Source: an uncultured Eubacteriales bacterium
GTDB lineage: Bacteria > Bacillota > Clostridia > Oscillospirales > Acutalibacteraceae
Length of the DNA: 35,608 bases
Direction: 5' to 3'
Assembly: GCA_964505515.1 (NCBI GenBank)
Contig: CAZDIN010000002.1
Span: 1-35,608, forward strand
Part shown: one piece after another, positions 23,267 through 32,352 of the stretch
Numbering within the stretch: the first letter of the stretch is position 1
How the letters are laid out: each line of letters begins with the position of its first letter
Notes under the pieces: generated by a model
Databases searched by the model: none
Told to the model about the DNA's origin: nothing
The model's input: the letters and a program-made list of their open reading frames with translations, nothing else
Position numbers and translations under genes: made by a program

Positions 23267-24604
23267 ATGTTTGACAATATGAACGAAAAGCAGGCGAGGG
23301 AGCAGATTCTGGCTCAGGTAGCCGAATACTGTGACAAATTCCATAAGAAAGCACCCTTTGCCGAGGGTCAGCGTATTCCTTACGCTTCCCGTGTTTACGA
23401 TAAGGATGAGATGGTCAATCTGGTCGATAGCTCCCTTGAGTTCTGGCTGACCTCGGGCCGCTATACCGATGAATTTGAAAAGCGCTTTGCCGAATATCTC
23501 GGCGTGAAATACTGCGCGCTTGTCAACAGCGGCTCTTCTGCAAATCTGTTGGCATTCATGACCCTGACCTCTCCGTTGCTGAATGAGCGCGCCGTTAAGC
23601 GCGGCGACGAGGTCATCACCGTTGCCTGCGGCTTCCCGACCACCGTCACCCCCTACATTCAGTACGGCGCCATCCCTGTTTTTGTTGACGTTACCATTCC
23701 GCAGTACAACATCGACGTGACCAAGCTTGAAGAGGCTCTCTCCGATAAGACCAAGGCGGTCATGATCGCTCATACTTTGGGTAACCCCTTTGATCTTGCC
23801 GCCGTCAAGGCCTTCTGCGATAAGCACGGCCTGTGGCTTATCGAGGACAACTGCGACGCCCTCGGCTCGCAGTACACCATCGACGGCGAGACCAAGTTCA
23901 CGGGAACCATCGGTGACCTCGGAACCTCCAGCTTCTATCCGCCTCACCATATGACTATGGGCGAGGGCGGTGCCGTTTACACGAATGATCCTCTGCTCGC
24001 GAAGATCGTTAAGTCTATTCGCGACTGGGGCCGCGACTGCGTCTGTCCTTCGGGCTGCGATAACGTCTGCAAGCACCGTTTTGACCGTCAGTACGGCGAA
24101 TTACCCCTCGGCTACGACCATAAATACGTTTATTCCCATTTTGGATACAACCTTAAGGCGACCGATATGCAGGCGGCCGTCGGCTGTGCCCAGCTGACTA
24201 AGTTCCCCGGCTTCGTCGAGCGCCGCCGTCACAATTTTGCCCGACTTCACAAGGCGCTCGAGCCTGTGGCGGACAAGCTTATCCTGCCGGTTGCATGTCC
24301 TAATTCCGACCCGAGCTGGTTCGGCTTCCTCATCACCTGTAAAGATGGTGTCGATTGCAATGAGGTGGTCGGTTACGTCGAGGAGCACGGAGTGCAGACG
24401 CGCCGCCTCTTTGCAGGCAACCTGACAAAGCATCCCTGCTTTGATGAAATGCGTCAAAAGGGCGAGGGCTTCCGCATCGTCGGTACCCTCGAAAACACCG
24501 ATCGCATTATGAAGGATACCTTCTGGGTGGGCGTTTACCCCGGCATGACAGATGAGATGATCGACTACATGGCAAAGACGATAATTGCCGCTGTAAGTAA
24601 GTAA
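23267..24604 (+). CDS. rfbH: CDP-6-deoxy-L-threo-D-glycero-4-hexulose 3-dehydrase (E1), RfbH/DdhC, DegT-family PMP enzyme
   Basis: About 445 aa. The DegT/DnrJ/EryC1-like core reads ALVNSGSSANLLA...IEDNCDALGS...SSFYPPHHMTMGEGGAVY; the His in place of the usual Lys is typical of E1. A Cys-rich insert RDWGRDCVCPSGCDNVCKHRF corresponds to the E1 Fe-S region. Confidence 0.9.
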   Translation: MFDNMNEKQAREQILAQVAEYCDKFHKKAPFAEGQRIPYASRVYDKDEMVNLVDSSLEFWLTSGRYTDEFEKRFAEYLGVKYCALVNSGSSANLLAFMTLTSPLLNERAVKRGDEVITVACGFPTTVTPYIQYGAIPVFVDVTIPQYNIDVTKLEEALSDKTKAVMIAHTLGNPFDLAAVKAFCDKHGLWLIEDNCDALGSQYTIDGETKFTGTIGDLGTSSFYPPHHMTMGEGGAVYTNDPLLAKIVKSIRDWGRDCVCPSGCDNVCKHRFDRQYGELPLGYDHKYVYSHFGYNLKATDMQAAVGCAQLTKFPGFVERRRHNFARLHKALEPVADKLILPVACPNSDPSWFGFLITCKDGVDCNEVVGYVEEHGVQTRRLFAGNLTKHPCFDEMRQKGEGFRIVGTLENTDRIMKDTFWVGVYPGMTDEMIDYMAKTIIAAVSK

Positions 24605-24678
24605 ATAAGAGCTAAAAGTGCAGATGTTCGGCGCTTGGAAGAGTGTCGGGTCTGTGCTTTTTGCGGTTAAAGGAAGGG

Positions 24679-25773
24679 ATGAACGGCATGTATGATTACG
24701 TTATCGTCGGAGCCGGACTTTACGGCGCGGTCTTTGCGCATGAGGCTACCAAGGCGGGCAAAAACTGCCTTGTTATCGATCGCCGCGACCATGTCGGCGG
24801 AAATGTTTATACCGAGAGCATTGAGGACATCAACGTCCACCGCTACGGCGCGCATATATTCCATACGAGCGACGACGAGGTGTGGAATTATGTAAACCAA
24901 TTTGCAACCTTCAACAACTATATCAACGCCCCTGTTGCCAACTACAAGGGCGAGCTGTATAACCTGCCCTTCAACATGATGTGGGGTGTCATCACTCCGC
25001 AGCAGGCGAAGGAGAAGATCGCACAGCAGATCGTTGAGGCCGGTATCGTTGAGCCGAAAAACCTTGAGGAGCAGGCGATATCGCTGGTCGGCACCGACAT
25101 TTACGAAAAGCTTGTGCGTGACTACACCCAAAAGCAGTGGGGACGCCCCTGCAATGAGCTGCCTGCCTTTATTATCAAGCGCCTGCCGGTGCGCTTCATC
25201 TACGACAACAACTATTTCAACGACCGCTATCAAGGCATTCCCGAAGGCGGATACACCGCCATGGTCGAGAAACTGCTTGAGGGATGCGAGGTGCAGTTGA
25301 ACACCGACTACCTTGCCGACAAGGAAAGGTTTGACGCGATGGGTGAGCGTGTAGTCTTTACAGGCTGTATCGACGAGTACTTCAGCTACTGCTACGGGCC
25401 TCTTAAGTATCGTGCGGTGCGGTTTGAGACCGAGGTGCTTGACTGCGATAACTTCCAGGGCAACGCGGTGGTAAACTACACCGACGCCGACACCCCCTAC
25501 ACCCGTATAATTGAGCATAAGCACTTCGAATTCGGCAAACAGCCCAAGACGGTCATCAGCCGTGAGTATTCTGCCGAGTGGCAGGTGGGCGAGGAGGCCT
25601 ATTATCCCGTCAATAACGAAGAAACAAAGGAATTGTACGAGAGATACCGCTCAAAAGCCGAGCAGGAGGATAAGGTGCTTTTCGGAGGTCGCTTGGGCGA
25701 ATTCCGTTACTATGACATGGACAAGGTCATCCGCAGTGCGCTTGACGCGGTAAGAAGCGAGCTTGACCGATAA
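24679..25773 (+). CDS. glf: UDP-galactopyranose mutase
   Basis: MYDYVIVGAGLYGAVFA......GK..LVIDRR.HVGGN.YT......I.VH.YGAHIFHT....VW.YVN.F..F and the C-terminal GRLGEFRYYDMD are canonical Glf. The ATG at 24679 follows AAGGAAGGG. Confidence 0.93.
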   Translation: MNGMYDYVIVGAGLYGAVFAHEATKAGKNCLVIDRRDHVGGNVYTESIEDINVHRYGAHIFHTSDDEVWNYVNQFATFNNYINAPVANYKGELYNLPFNMMWGVITPQQAKEKIAQQIVEAGIVEPKNLEEQAISLVGTDIYEKLVRDYTQKQWGRPCNELPAFIIKRLPVRFIYDNNYFNDRYQGIPEGGYTAMVEKLLEGCEVQLNTDYLADKERFDAMGERVVFTGCIDEYFSYCYGPLKYRAVRFETEVLDCDNFQGNAVVNYTDADTPYTRIIEHKHFEFGKQPKTVISREYSAEWQVGEEAYYPVNNEETKELYERYRSKAEQEDKVLFGGRLGEFRYYDMDKVIRSALDAVRSELDR

Positions 25774-25788
25774 ATTCAGGAGGTTACT

Positions 25789-26814
25789 ATGAGCCAACCG
25801 TTCGTATCGATTACTGTCGTTTGCTATAACTATGCCCATTTGCTGCCCCGTACCCTTGAGGCCATCGGAAGACAGACCTTCCGTGACTTTGAGGTCATCT
25901 TCATCGACAACGGCGGCACCGACAACTCAATGGAGGTCGCGCGCAATTTCTTTGACGCGCACCCTGACATCAATGCGACACTTGTGCGCAACGACAACGT
26001 CGACCACAGCAACGCTTACGGCGAAAACCTCGCCGTTTCGCTCGCAAAGGGCAAGTATATCATGTTCCACGACGCTGATGACTGGATGGATGATAACTGC
26101 CTTGAGCTTCTCGCCGCTGAGGCAGAGCGCACCGATGCAGACCGCGTGATATGCGCCTTTCGCGACGTTGACGATTCGGGTAAGCAGACTCAGGTGCAGA
26201 GCATCGGCGAATGCCGCAACAAGTGGTATTTCGGAATGCAGCAGGGCAACCTCTTCAGACGCAGTCTTTACCTCGAAAACGGCATGAAAACGGTCGACTC
26301 TGTCTTTCTTGATGCCATCAAGACCTTCCAGTTCAATTATTACGCAAAGAATATCGGCTTTGTCGAGCAGCCCTGCTACAATTATCTGGTGCATACCGAT
26401 TCGACCTCGCGCAACAAGCAGCTGCATCTTGATATGTGGACGACTCCGCGCAAGACCTTCGAGGTCATCATAAACGAGTTGGGAGCGACCTATGAGAAGT
26501 GCATCGGCACACCCGACGAGGCTTATGCGCAGCGGCAGATAATGAAGCTCTATTATTCATACATCTATCAGTTCCTGCGCGTTGCACCCTTGAACGAAAC
26601 CGTGAGCAGCTATGATAAGATCCGCGCCATGATGAATGAAAAGGTGCCTAACTACCTGCGCAATCCCTATACCACCCTGTCGGCTAAATCGGGCAACCGC
26701 TTCTATGCGCGCTTGGTGCTTTGGGGTTCTGTAGTCTGCGAGAAGCTGCATATTATGAAATTTGCCCTTAGCGTTTATCACCTGATATCCAAGTTTATCT
26801 ATATACCTGTATAA
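25789..26814 (+). CDS. Glycosyltransferase family 2
   Basis: The N-terminal VSITVVCYNYAHLLPRTLEAIGRQTFRDFEVIFIDNGGTDNS and the HDADDW (DxD-type) motif are present. There are no C-terminal TM helices, so this is a soluble GT-A enzyme. Confidence 0.85.
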   Translation: MSQPFVSITVVCYNYAHLLPRTLEAIGRQTFRDFEVIFIDNGGTDNSMEVARNFFDAHPDINATLVRNDNVDHSNAYGENLAVSLAKGKYIMFHDADDWMDDNCLELLAAEAERTDADRVICAFRDVDDSGKQTQVQSIGECRNKWYFGMQQGNLFRRSLYLENGMKTVDSVFLDAIKTFQFNYYAKNIGFVEQPCYNYLVHTDSTSRNKQLHLDMWTTPRKTFEVIINELGATYEKCIGTPDEAYAQRQIMKLYYSYIYQFLRVAPLNETVSSYDKIRAMMNEKVPNYLRNPYTTLSAKSGNRFYARLVLWGSVVCEKLHIMKFALSVYHLISKFIYIPV

Positions 26815-26826
26815 CGGGGAGTAACC

Positions 26827-28077
26827 ATGGATTATAAAAAACAAGCCTTTTTCAATACCGTCGGAAATGTCGTCTATCTCGGATGCACATGGTTGCTGAC
26901 GGTGCTTGTCGTTCGGGTGTCGGGCTATGACGATGCAGGCGTGCTTTCGATCGCAATGTCGGTGGGCAACATTTTCTACTTCATCGGCATGTACGGAATG
27001 CGCTCCTTCCAATCCTCCGACGTGACCCACAAGTACAGCGACAAGACATATATAAAAACGCGGTTCGTGACGGTCGGTATATCCATACTGCTTTGCATTG
27101 GGTATCTCGGCATCGGCCGACTTTTCGGCAGCGGTTACGGGCTTTACACCTCTGCGGCAGTGTTGATATACCTGCTCTACCGAAGCCTTGAGGCAGGCAG
27201 TGATGTGCTTTTCGGCGAGCTGCAAAAGGATGGACGTCTGGAGGTCTGCGGCATCTCGATGTCGGTCAAGGGTGTTTTGAGCGTTGCCGTTTTCTTTGTG
27301 CTGCTTAAGTTCACCGACTTGAACATCGCCATGCTCGGCATGGTGGCGGTAGCCGCCGCGCTGATGATCTTCTACGACTACAACAGGTATAAGGCGCTCC
27401 ATAACGAGCCTGAAACAGCGGCCGAAGGAACGGTGAAGGGCCTGCTCATCGAGGGCTTCCCGATGCTGCTGACCACCCTTTTCCCGATAATCGTTACCGC
27501 ACTTCCGCGGCTTGCGCTGGAGTTTTACTATGACGAGGCACTGCTCGGCATTTATGCAAGCATCTGCTCGCCGACGGTCATCATCACCACCCTTGTGCCG
27601 AACATTCTCTGCCCCTTCATGACCCTCTACGGCAAGCTGTATAACGAGGGCAAGAACGGCAAACTCATGCGTATGTTCCTGCTGTCGCTGTTGCTGACGG
27701 TTGCGCTCGGCGCGGTCGCCTGCCTTTGCGCATGGCTGCTCGGCGATTGGGCGCTCAGCCTGCTCTACGACGAGCAGATACTCGAATACACCTATATTTT
27801 CGTTCCTATCATTATCGCTACCGTTGTTTACGCCCTTTCAATGTGCGGAAACTCGGTGCTCATATCCATTCGTACACCTGTGGCACTGACGGTGTTTTCA
27901 GGTGCCGCGCTTGTTGTGTGCGCTGTCATCAGCTACCCGTTGGCAAAGGCATACGGCATGTGGGGAACGGTGTTCGGATTCGGAGTGCCCTTCCTCGTCC
28001 AGCTTTTGTTGCAGACAGGGTACATTATCTACATGCTTCTCATCAAACCTAAAAAGGCGCTTAAGGAGGCGGTCTAA
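26827..28077 (+). CDS. wzx: Oligosaccharide flippase (Wzx-like, MOP superfamily)
   Basis: 416-aa protein with about 12 hydrophobic segments. The N-terminal FFNTVGNVVYLGCTWLLTVLVVR is typical of polysaccharide-biosynthesis/flippase proteins, and the gene sits inside a glycan locus. Confidence 0.7.
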   Translation: MDYKKQAFFNTVGNVVYLGCTWLLTVLVVRVSGYDDAGVLSIAMSVGNIFYFIGMYGMRSFQSSDVTHKYSDKTYIKTRFVTVGISILLCIGYLGIGRLFGSGYGLYTSAAVLIYLLYRSLEAGSDVLFGELQKDGRLEVCGISMSVKGVLSVAVFFVLLKFTDLNIAMLGMVAVAAALMIFYDYNRYKALHNEPETAAEGTVKGLLIEGFPMLLTTLFPIIVTALPRLALEFYYDEALLGIYASICSPTVIITTLVPNILCPFMTLYGKLYNEGKNGKLMRMFLLSLLLTVALGAVACLCAWLLGDWALSLLYDEQILEYTYIFVPIIIATVVYALSMCGNSVLISIRTPVALTVFSGAALVVCAVISYPLAKAYGMWGTVFGFGVPFLVQLLLQTGYIIYMLLIKPKKALKEAV

Positions 28078-28079
28078 CA

Positions 28080-29552
28080 ATGGAAAGAACAAGTCGGCTC
28101 ACCGCTCAGCTTGCATATATCTATCTTGCCCTTCCGTTTGCTATCTTCGCAATAGGCTGGATGCGTTGGTATTTTGCTGTTCCTGCGGTACTGCTTTTGG
28201 TGCTTGGACTTTTTTATGCGATAAAGGATGCGCCTGACCTCTGGCAGCCTGAAAAAAGCAAGAAAACGCTCTTTACGGGTGCAATAATGCTTGCCGTCAT
28301 CTTTTTAATGGTCTACCTGTCGGGAATCGGCCGCTTTGCCTACCAAAACCCCGATCACCTGTGGCGCAACGCCCTGTACGACTCCCTGCTTGAGTACAGC
28401 TGGCCTGTCTACGAAGTGAATGAAGCAGGCAATACCGTTTCACTTGTTTACTATATCGGCTTCTGGCTGCCCTCTGCCCTTGTCGGCAAGGTGCTGGGCG
28501 AAACGGCAGGATATACCTTTATGGCACTTTGGGCGGTGCTGGGAATTGCAATATTCTGGTCGCTCGTTTGCTCAAAGATGAAAAAATTCACCGTGTGGCC
28601 CCTGCTTCTTTTCTTTGCATTCAGCGGACTTGACCTTGCGGTGCACTATTTCAGGGATGCCAACATGGCGGCTATCGGCGCGACTGCCCATCTTGAATGG
28701 GGCTTTGAGACCTTCCAGTTTTCATCATTTACCACCCAGCTCTTCTGGGTGTTCAATCAGGCTATCCCTGCGTGGATACTGACCATGCTCATTCTGTTGC
28801 AGAAGAATAACCGCACCATCGTTTTTCTGCTTTCGCTTGCGATGCTCAACTGCACCCTTCCCTTCGTGGGAATGCTGCCGATAGCGGCGCTGGTCGTTTT
28901 CACCCGCAAGTATGAGGGTGTCGACAACCGCAAGGCATGGTGGAAAAAGTGGTTTAAGGACACCTTTACCCTGCCGAATATTCTTTGCGGCGGAACGGTA
29001 GGCATACTTTCTTTTATGTATGTGCTGAGCAATTCACGCTCGGCCGACAGCGGCTCAAAGGTTTCGGACGGAACCTTCGGTTTCGTCTGGCAGTCCTACG
29101 ATCATTATCAGGAGTTTTTGATGAGCTATCTGCTCTTCATTCTCTGCGAGGCGCTGATATACTTTTTCCTTATTGCAAAGTACCAAAAAGGAAACCGCAT
29201 GTTCTGGGTAGCAGGCATTACCTTGGCGGTCGTACCCCTCTTTACAATGGGCATTGCATACGACTTTTGCATGCGAGTTTCGATACCTGCGTTGCTCGTT
29301 TTGTATCTTATGGTTGAACAAACGCTCGAAATGGCGTATAATAAGAAGGATTACAGCATCCTCATACCGCTGTGCATCTGTCTGCTCATCGGTGCAAAGA
29401 CACCTCTCAACGAGGTCACCCGCTCTATATCCAAGACGACCATCGGTCATACATGGGCAGGAACCTTTGAGTTGATGAAGTCTGAGGACGATCAGAATTT
29501 CGTTGCCGAGGTTGAGGACAGCTTCTTCTATCGGTATATCGCAAAGAAATAA
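28080..29552 (+). CDS. Uncharacterised polytopic membrane protein; candidate Wzy-type polymerase or Gtr-type/GT-C glycosyltransferase
   Basis: 490 aa with at least 10 hydrophobic segments. It starts 2 nt after the wzx stop. I recognise no diagnostic motif, so the function is inferred only from position. Confidence 0.4.
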   Translation: MERTSRLTAQLAYIYLALPFAIFAIGWMRWYFAVPAVLLLVLGLFYAIKDAPDLWQPEKSKKTLFTGAIMLAVIFLMVYLSGIGRFAYQNPDHLWRNALYDSLLEYSWPVYEVNEAGNTVSLVYYIGFWLPSALVGKVLGETAGYTFMALWAVLGIAIFWSLVCSKMKKFTVWPLLLFFAFSGLDLAVHYFRDANMAAIGATAHLEWGFETFQFSSFTTQLFWVFNQAIPAWILTMLILLQKNNRTIVFLLSLAMLNCTLPFVGMLPIAALVVFTRKYEGVDNRKAWWKKWFKDTFTLPNILCGGTVGILSFMYVLSNSRSADSGSKVSDGTFGFVWQSYDHYQEFLMSYLLFILCEALIYFFLIAKYQKGNRMFWVAGITLAVVPLFTMGIAYDFCMRVSIPALLVLYLMVEQTLEMAYNKKDYSILIPLCICLLIGAKTPLNEVTRSISKTTIGHTWAGTFELMKSEDDQNFVAEVEDSFFYRYIAKK

Positions 29553-29593
29553 GCGTAATAGCCTTCGGACCTGCCTGAACGGAGGAAAGATCA

Positions 29594-31408
29594 ATGAAGC
29601 AAAAATTATCCGATTACGTTGCCGACTTTTTAGTTGCAAACGGTATAGATACCGCCTTTTCGGTTACAGGCGGCGGTGCGATGCACCTGAACGACTCTCT
29701 GGGTCACAAGGAGGGTCTGCATGTCGTGTATAACCATCATGAGCAGGCTTGCGCCATCGCGGCGGAGGCCTATGCGCGTATTGATAATCGCATTGCGGCT
29801 GTCTGCGTGACGACCGGCCCCGGCGGCACCAACGCCATCACCGGCGTTGTCGGCGGATGGCTCGATTCCATCCCGATGCTCGTTATTTCGGGACAGGTGC
29901 GTTACGACACCACCGCTCGCGGAATGGGACTCAATATCCGCGCAGGCGGCGATCAGGAGTTTGATATCACCAAGTCGGTCGAATCGATGACTAAATACTG
30001 CGAGATGATCGAGGATCCGCTTCGCATCCGCTATGCGCTTGAAAAGGCGCTCTATCTTGCGACCCACGGACGCCCCGGCCCCTGCTGGATCGACATTCCG
30101 CTCAACTTCCAGGGCTGCACCGTCGAGACCGATGACCTCATCGCATACGATCCTGCCGAGGATGCAGGCAGTTTGCCCCCTGCGGTCGAGGATAATACGG
30201 TCGACGATATTCTTGTACGCATTAAAAATGCAAAGCGCCCCGTCCTTTACGCAGGCAACGGCGTTCGCCTTTCGGGCGGATTTGAGGTTTTCGAGCGCGT
30301 CGTTCGCAAGCTGAACGTCCCTGTTGCAACAGGCTGGGATAACATCGACATGATGGCTGACACCGACCCGTTGTATGTGGGCCGCGGCGGGATCATGGGC
30401 GATCGCGCAGGCAACTTTGCCGTGCAGAACAGCGACCTTGTGCTTGCTATCGGAAACCGCCTGTCCATCCGACAGGTCGGCTATAACTGGAAGACCTGGG
30501 CAAGAGAGGCATTCGTTATCATGGTCGACGCCGATGCTGAGGAGCTGAAAAAGCCGACCTTACACGTTGAAATGCCTGTTCACGCCGATGCAAAGGACTT
30601 CCTTGAGAGGATGGACGCTAAGCTCGACGGAGTTTTCTTTGAGGAAAACGGCTGGCAGGACAGATGCCGCGAATGGAAAGAGAAATATCCTGTCGTTATG
30701 CCGCACCATTTTGAAGACACACGCATGACTAACGTCTACGCCTTTATAAAGAAGCTTTCCGCCCGTCTGCCTGAGGGCTACACCACCGTTGTCGGAAACG
30801 GCAGTGCCTGTGTAGTCGGTAGCCACGGCTATGAGATAAAGAAGGGCCAGCGTTTCATCATCAATTCAGCCATCGCGTCGATGGGATATGACCTGCCTGC
30901 TGCTATCGGTACCTGCTACGCCATCGGTGAAAAGGAGCTCGTCTGCATTACGGGCGACGGCTCTATCCAGATGAACCTGCAGGAGCTGCAGACCATTCTC
31001 ACCAACCGCCTGCCCATCAAGCTGTTCGTTATCAACAACGCGGGCTACCATTCTATCCGCCAGACACAGTCCAACCTCTTCAGTGAGCATTGTAAGGTGG
31101 GTGTCGGTCCCGAGAGTAACGACCTTTCCTTCCCCGAAATGAGCAAGCTTGCCGACGCCTACGGCTACCCCTACTGCCGTTGCGACTCGAATGATGAGCT
31201 TGATGCTCGTCTTGACGAGGTGTTTGCCAAAGAGGGAGCGTATATCTGCGAGGTATTCGTCAGCCCCGAGCAGTTCTTTGAGCCAAAGAGCGCGACCAAG
31301 AGATTGCCCGACGGCTCGCTCTTCAGCCCTCCGCTTGAGGACCTTGCTCCCTTCCTTCCGCGCGAAGAGTTTATCGCCAACATGATCATCGACCCGATCT
31401 TAGAATAA
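29594..31408 (+). CDS. Thiamine-diphosphate-dependent enzyme, acetolactate-synthase-large-subunit-like (YerE-like branched-sugar synthase candidate)
   Basis: 604 aa. The N-terminal Pyr domain reads LSDYVADFLVANGID..F.VTGGGAMHLNDSLG......HHEQA.A.AAEAYAR......C.TTGPGGTNAITGV...W.DS.P.LVISGQ. The C-terminal ThDP-binding motif is GDGSIQMNLQELQT....LP.KLFV.NN.GY. The gene lies in a CDP-dideoxyhexose context. Confidence 0.8.
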   Translation: MKQKLSDYVADFLVANGIDTAFSVTGGGAMHLNDSLGHKEGLHVVYNHHEQACAIAAEAYARIDNRIAAVCVTTGPGGTNAITGVVGGWLDSIPMLVISGQVRYDTTARGMGLNIRAGGDQEFDITKSVESMTKYCEMIEDPLRIRYALEKALYLATHGRPGPCWIDIPLNFQGCTVETDDLIAYDPAEDAGSLPPAVEDNTVDDILVRIKNAKRPVLYAGNGVRLSGGFEVFERVVRKLNVPVATGWDNIDMMADTDPLYVGRGGIMGDRAGNFAVQNSDLVLAIGNRLSIRQVGYNWKTWAREAFVIMVDADAEELKKPTLHVEMPVHADAKDFLERMDAKLDGVFFEENGWQDRCREWKEKYPVVMPHHFEDTRMTNVYAFIKKLSARLPEGYTTVVGNGSACVVGSHGYEIKKGQRFIINSAIASMGYDLPAAIGTCYAIGEKELVCITGDGSIQMNLQELQTILTNRLPIKLFVINNAGYHSIRQTQSNLFSEHCKVGVGPESNDLSFPEMSKLADAYGYPYCRCDSNDELDARLDEVFAKEGAYICEVFVSPEQFFEPKSATKRLPDGSLFSPPLEDLAPFLPREEFIANMIIDPILE

Positions 31409-31420
31409 GAGGTGCCACAA

Positions 31421-32338
31421 ATGAAAACCGCTGTCGTTTCCGGCGCAACCGGAATGATCGCTTCTGCGCTTATACGCGTCCTTGTTGAAAAGGGCGTGCG
31501 CGTATATGCATTATGTAAACCAGATGAGCCGCACACCGATGACTATTTTCGCAGTGACCTTGTGGCCGCTATTGAAGCCGATATCTCTGATTTTGGCAGC
31601 GTTGCCGATAAGATAAATGAAAAGTGCGATGTGTTTTACCATTTCGCATGGCTTGGTACCTTCGGTAACGTGCGCGACGATGCCTATCTGCAAAGTGATA
31701 ACATCCGCTACACGCTTGATGCGGTGAAGCTGGCTAATGACCTCGGTTGCGAGTGCTTCATCGGAGCAGGCTCACAGGCAGAATACGGCCCCGTTACCGA
31801 AAAGCTGACGGCTGACACCTATGCGGCGCCTGTGACGGGATACGGAATTGCAAAGTATACCGCAGGAAAGCTCAGCAGAATGTACTGTCAGCGTCTTGGC
31901 ATGCGTCATGTGTGGGCACGGATACTGAGCGTCTACGGCCAGAAGGGAAACCCGAATTCGATCATTTCGGCTTCGGTCAAGCGCATGCTTGACGGCGAGT
32001 ATTGTCCCTTTACAAAGGGTGAGCAGGATTGGGATTTTCTGCATTGCGACGACGCAGGGCTTGCCTTCTACTGTATGGGTGAAAGCGGCGCAGACGGCGC
32101 AGTTTACCCCTTGGGAAGCGGAAAGACCCGCAAGCTTTCGGAGTATATCACCGCTATGCGTGATGTAGTTAACCCGAACGCCGAACTTGGTATCGGCGAT
32201 CTGCCTTATAATGATAATCAGGTCATGTATCTGTGCGCAGACATATCTAAGTTGACCGCCGAAACGGGCTTTGTGCCGCAGGTCAGCTTTGAAGAGGGCG
32301 TGCGCCGAACAGCAGAATGGATAAAAAACAACGGATGA
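31421..32338 (+). CDS. NAD(P)-dependent SDR epimerase/reductase (YerF / CDP-paratose-synthase-like sugar 4-ketoreductase candidate)
   Basis: It has the Rossmann motif VVSGATGMIASAL and the catalytic YGIAK (YxxxK). It is about 305 aa and starts 12 nt after the ThDP enzyme gene. The ATG at 31421 follows AAGAGGTG. Confidence 0.75.
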   Translation: MKTAVVSGATGMIASALIRVLVEKGVRVYALCKPDEPHTDDYFRSDLVAAIEADISDFGSVADKINEKCDVFYHFAWLGTFGNVRDDAYLQSDNIRYTLDAVKLANDLGCECFIGAGSQAEYGPVTEKLTADTYAAPVTGYGIAKYTAGKLSRMYCQRLGMRHVWARILSVYGQKGNPNSIISASVKRMLDGEYCPFTKGEQDWDFLHCDDAGLAFYCMGESGADGAVYPLGSGKTRKLSEYITAMRDVVNPNAELGIGDLPYNDNQVMYLCADISKLTAETGFVPQVSFEEGVRRTAEWIKNNG

Positions 32339-32352
32339 TAAAGGGGAAGCCT

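Noticed and set aside
21470-29639. Series of long minus-strand ORFs across the glycan locus (21470-22108, 22288-23088, 23192-24076, 24667-25524, 25927-26427, 26557-27402, 29055-29639)
   Set aside because: Each is antisense to a plus-strand gene with canonical motifs (rfbF, rfbG, rfbH, glf, GT2, wzx, membrane protein). Their compositions are typical of non-coding frames.
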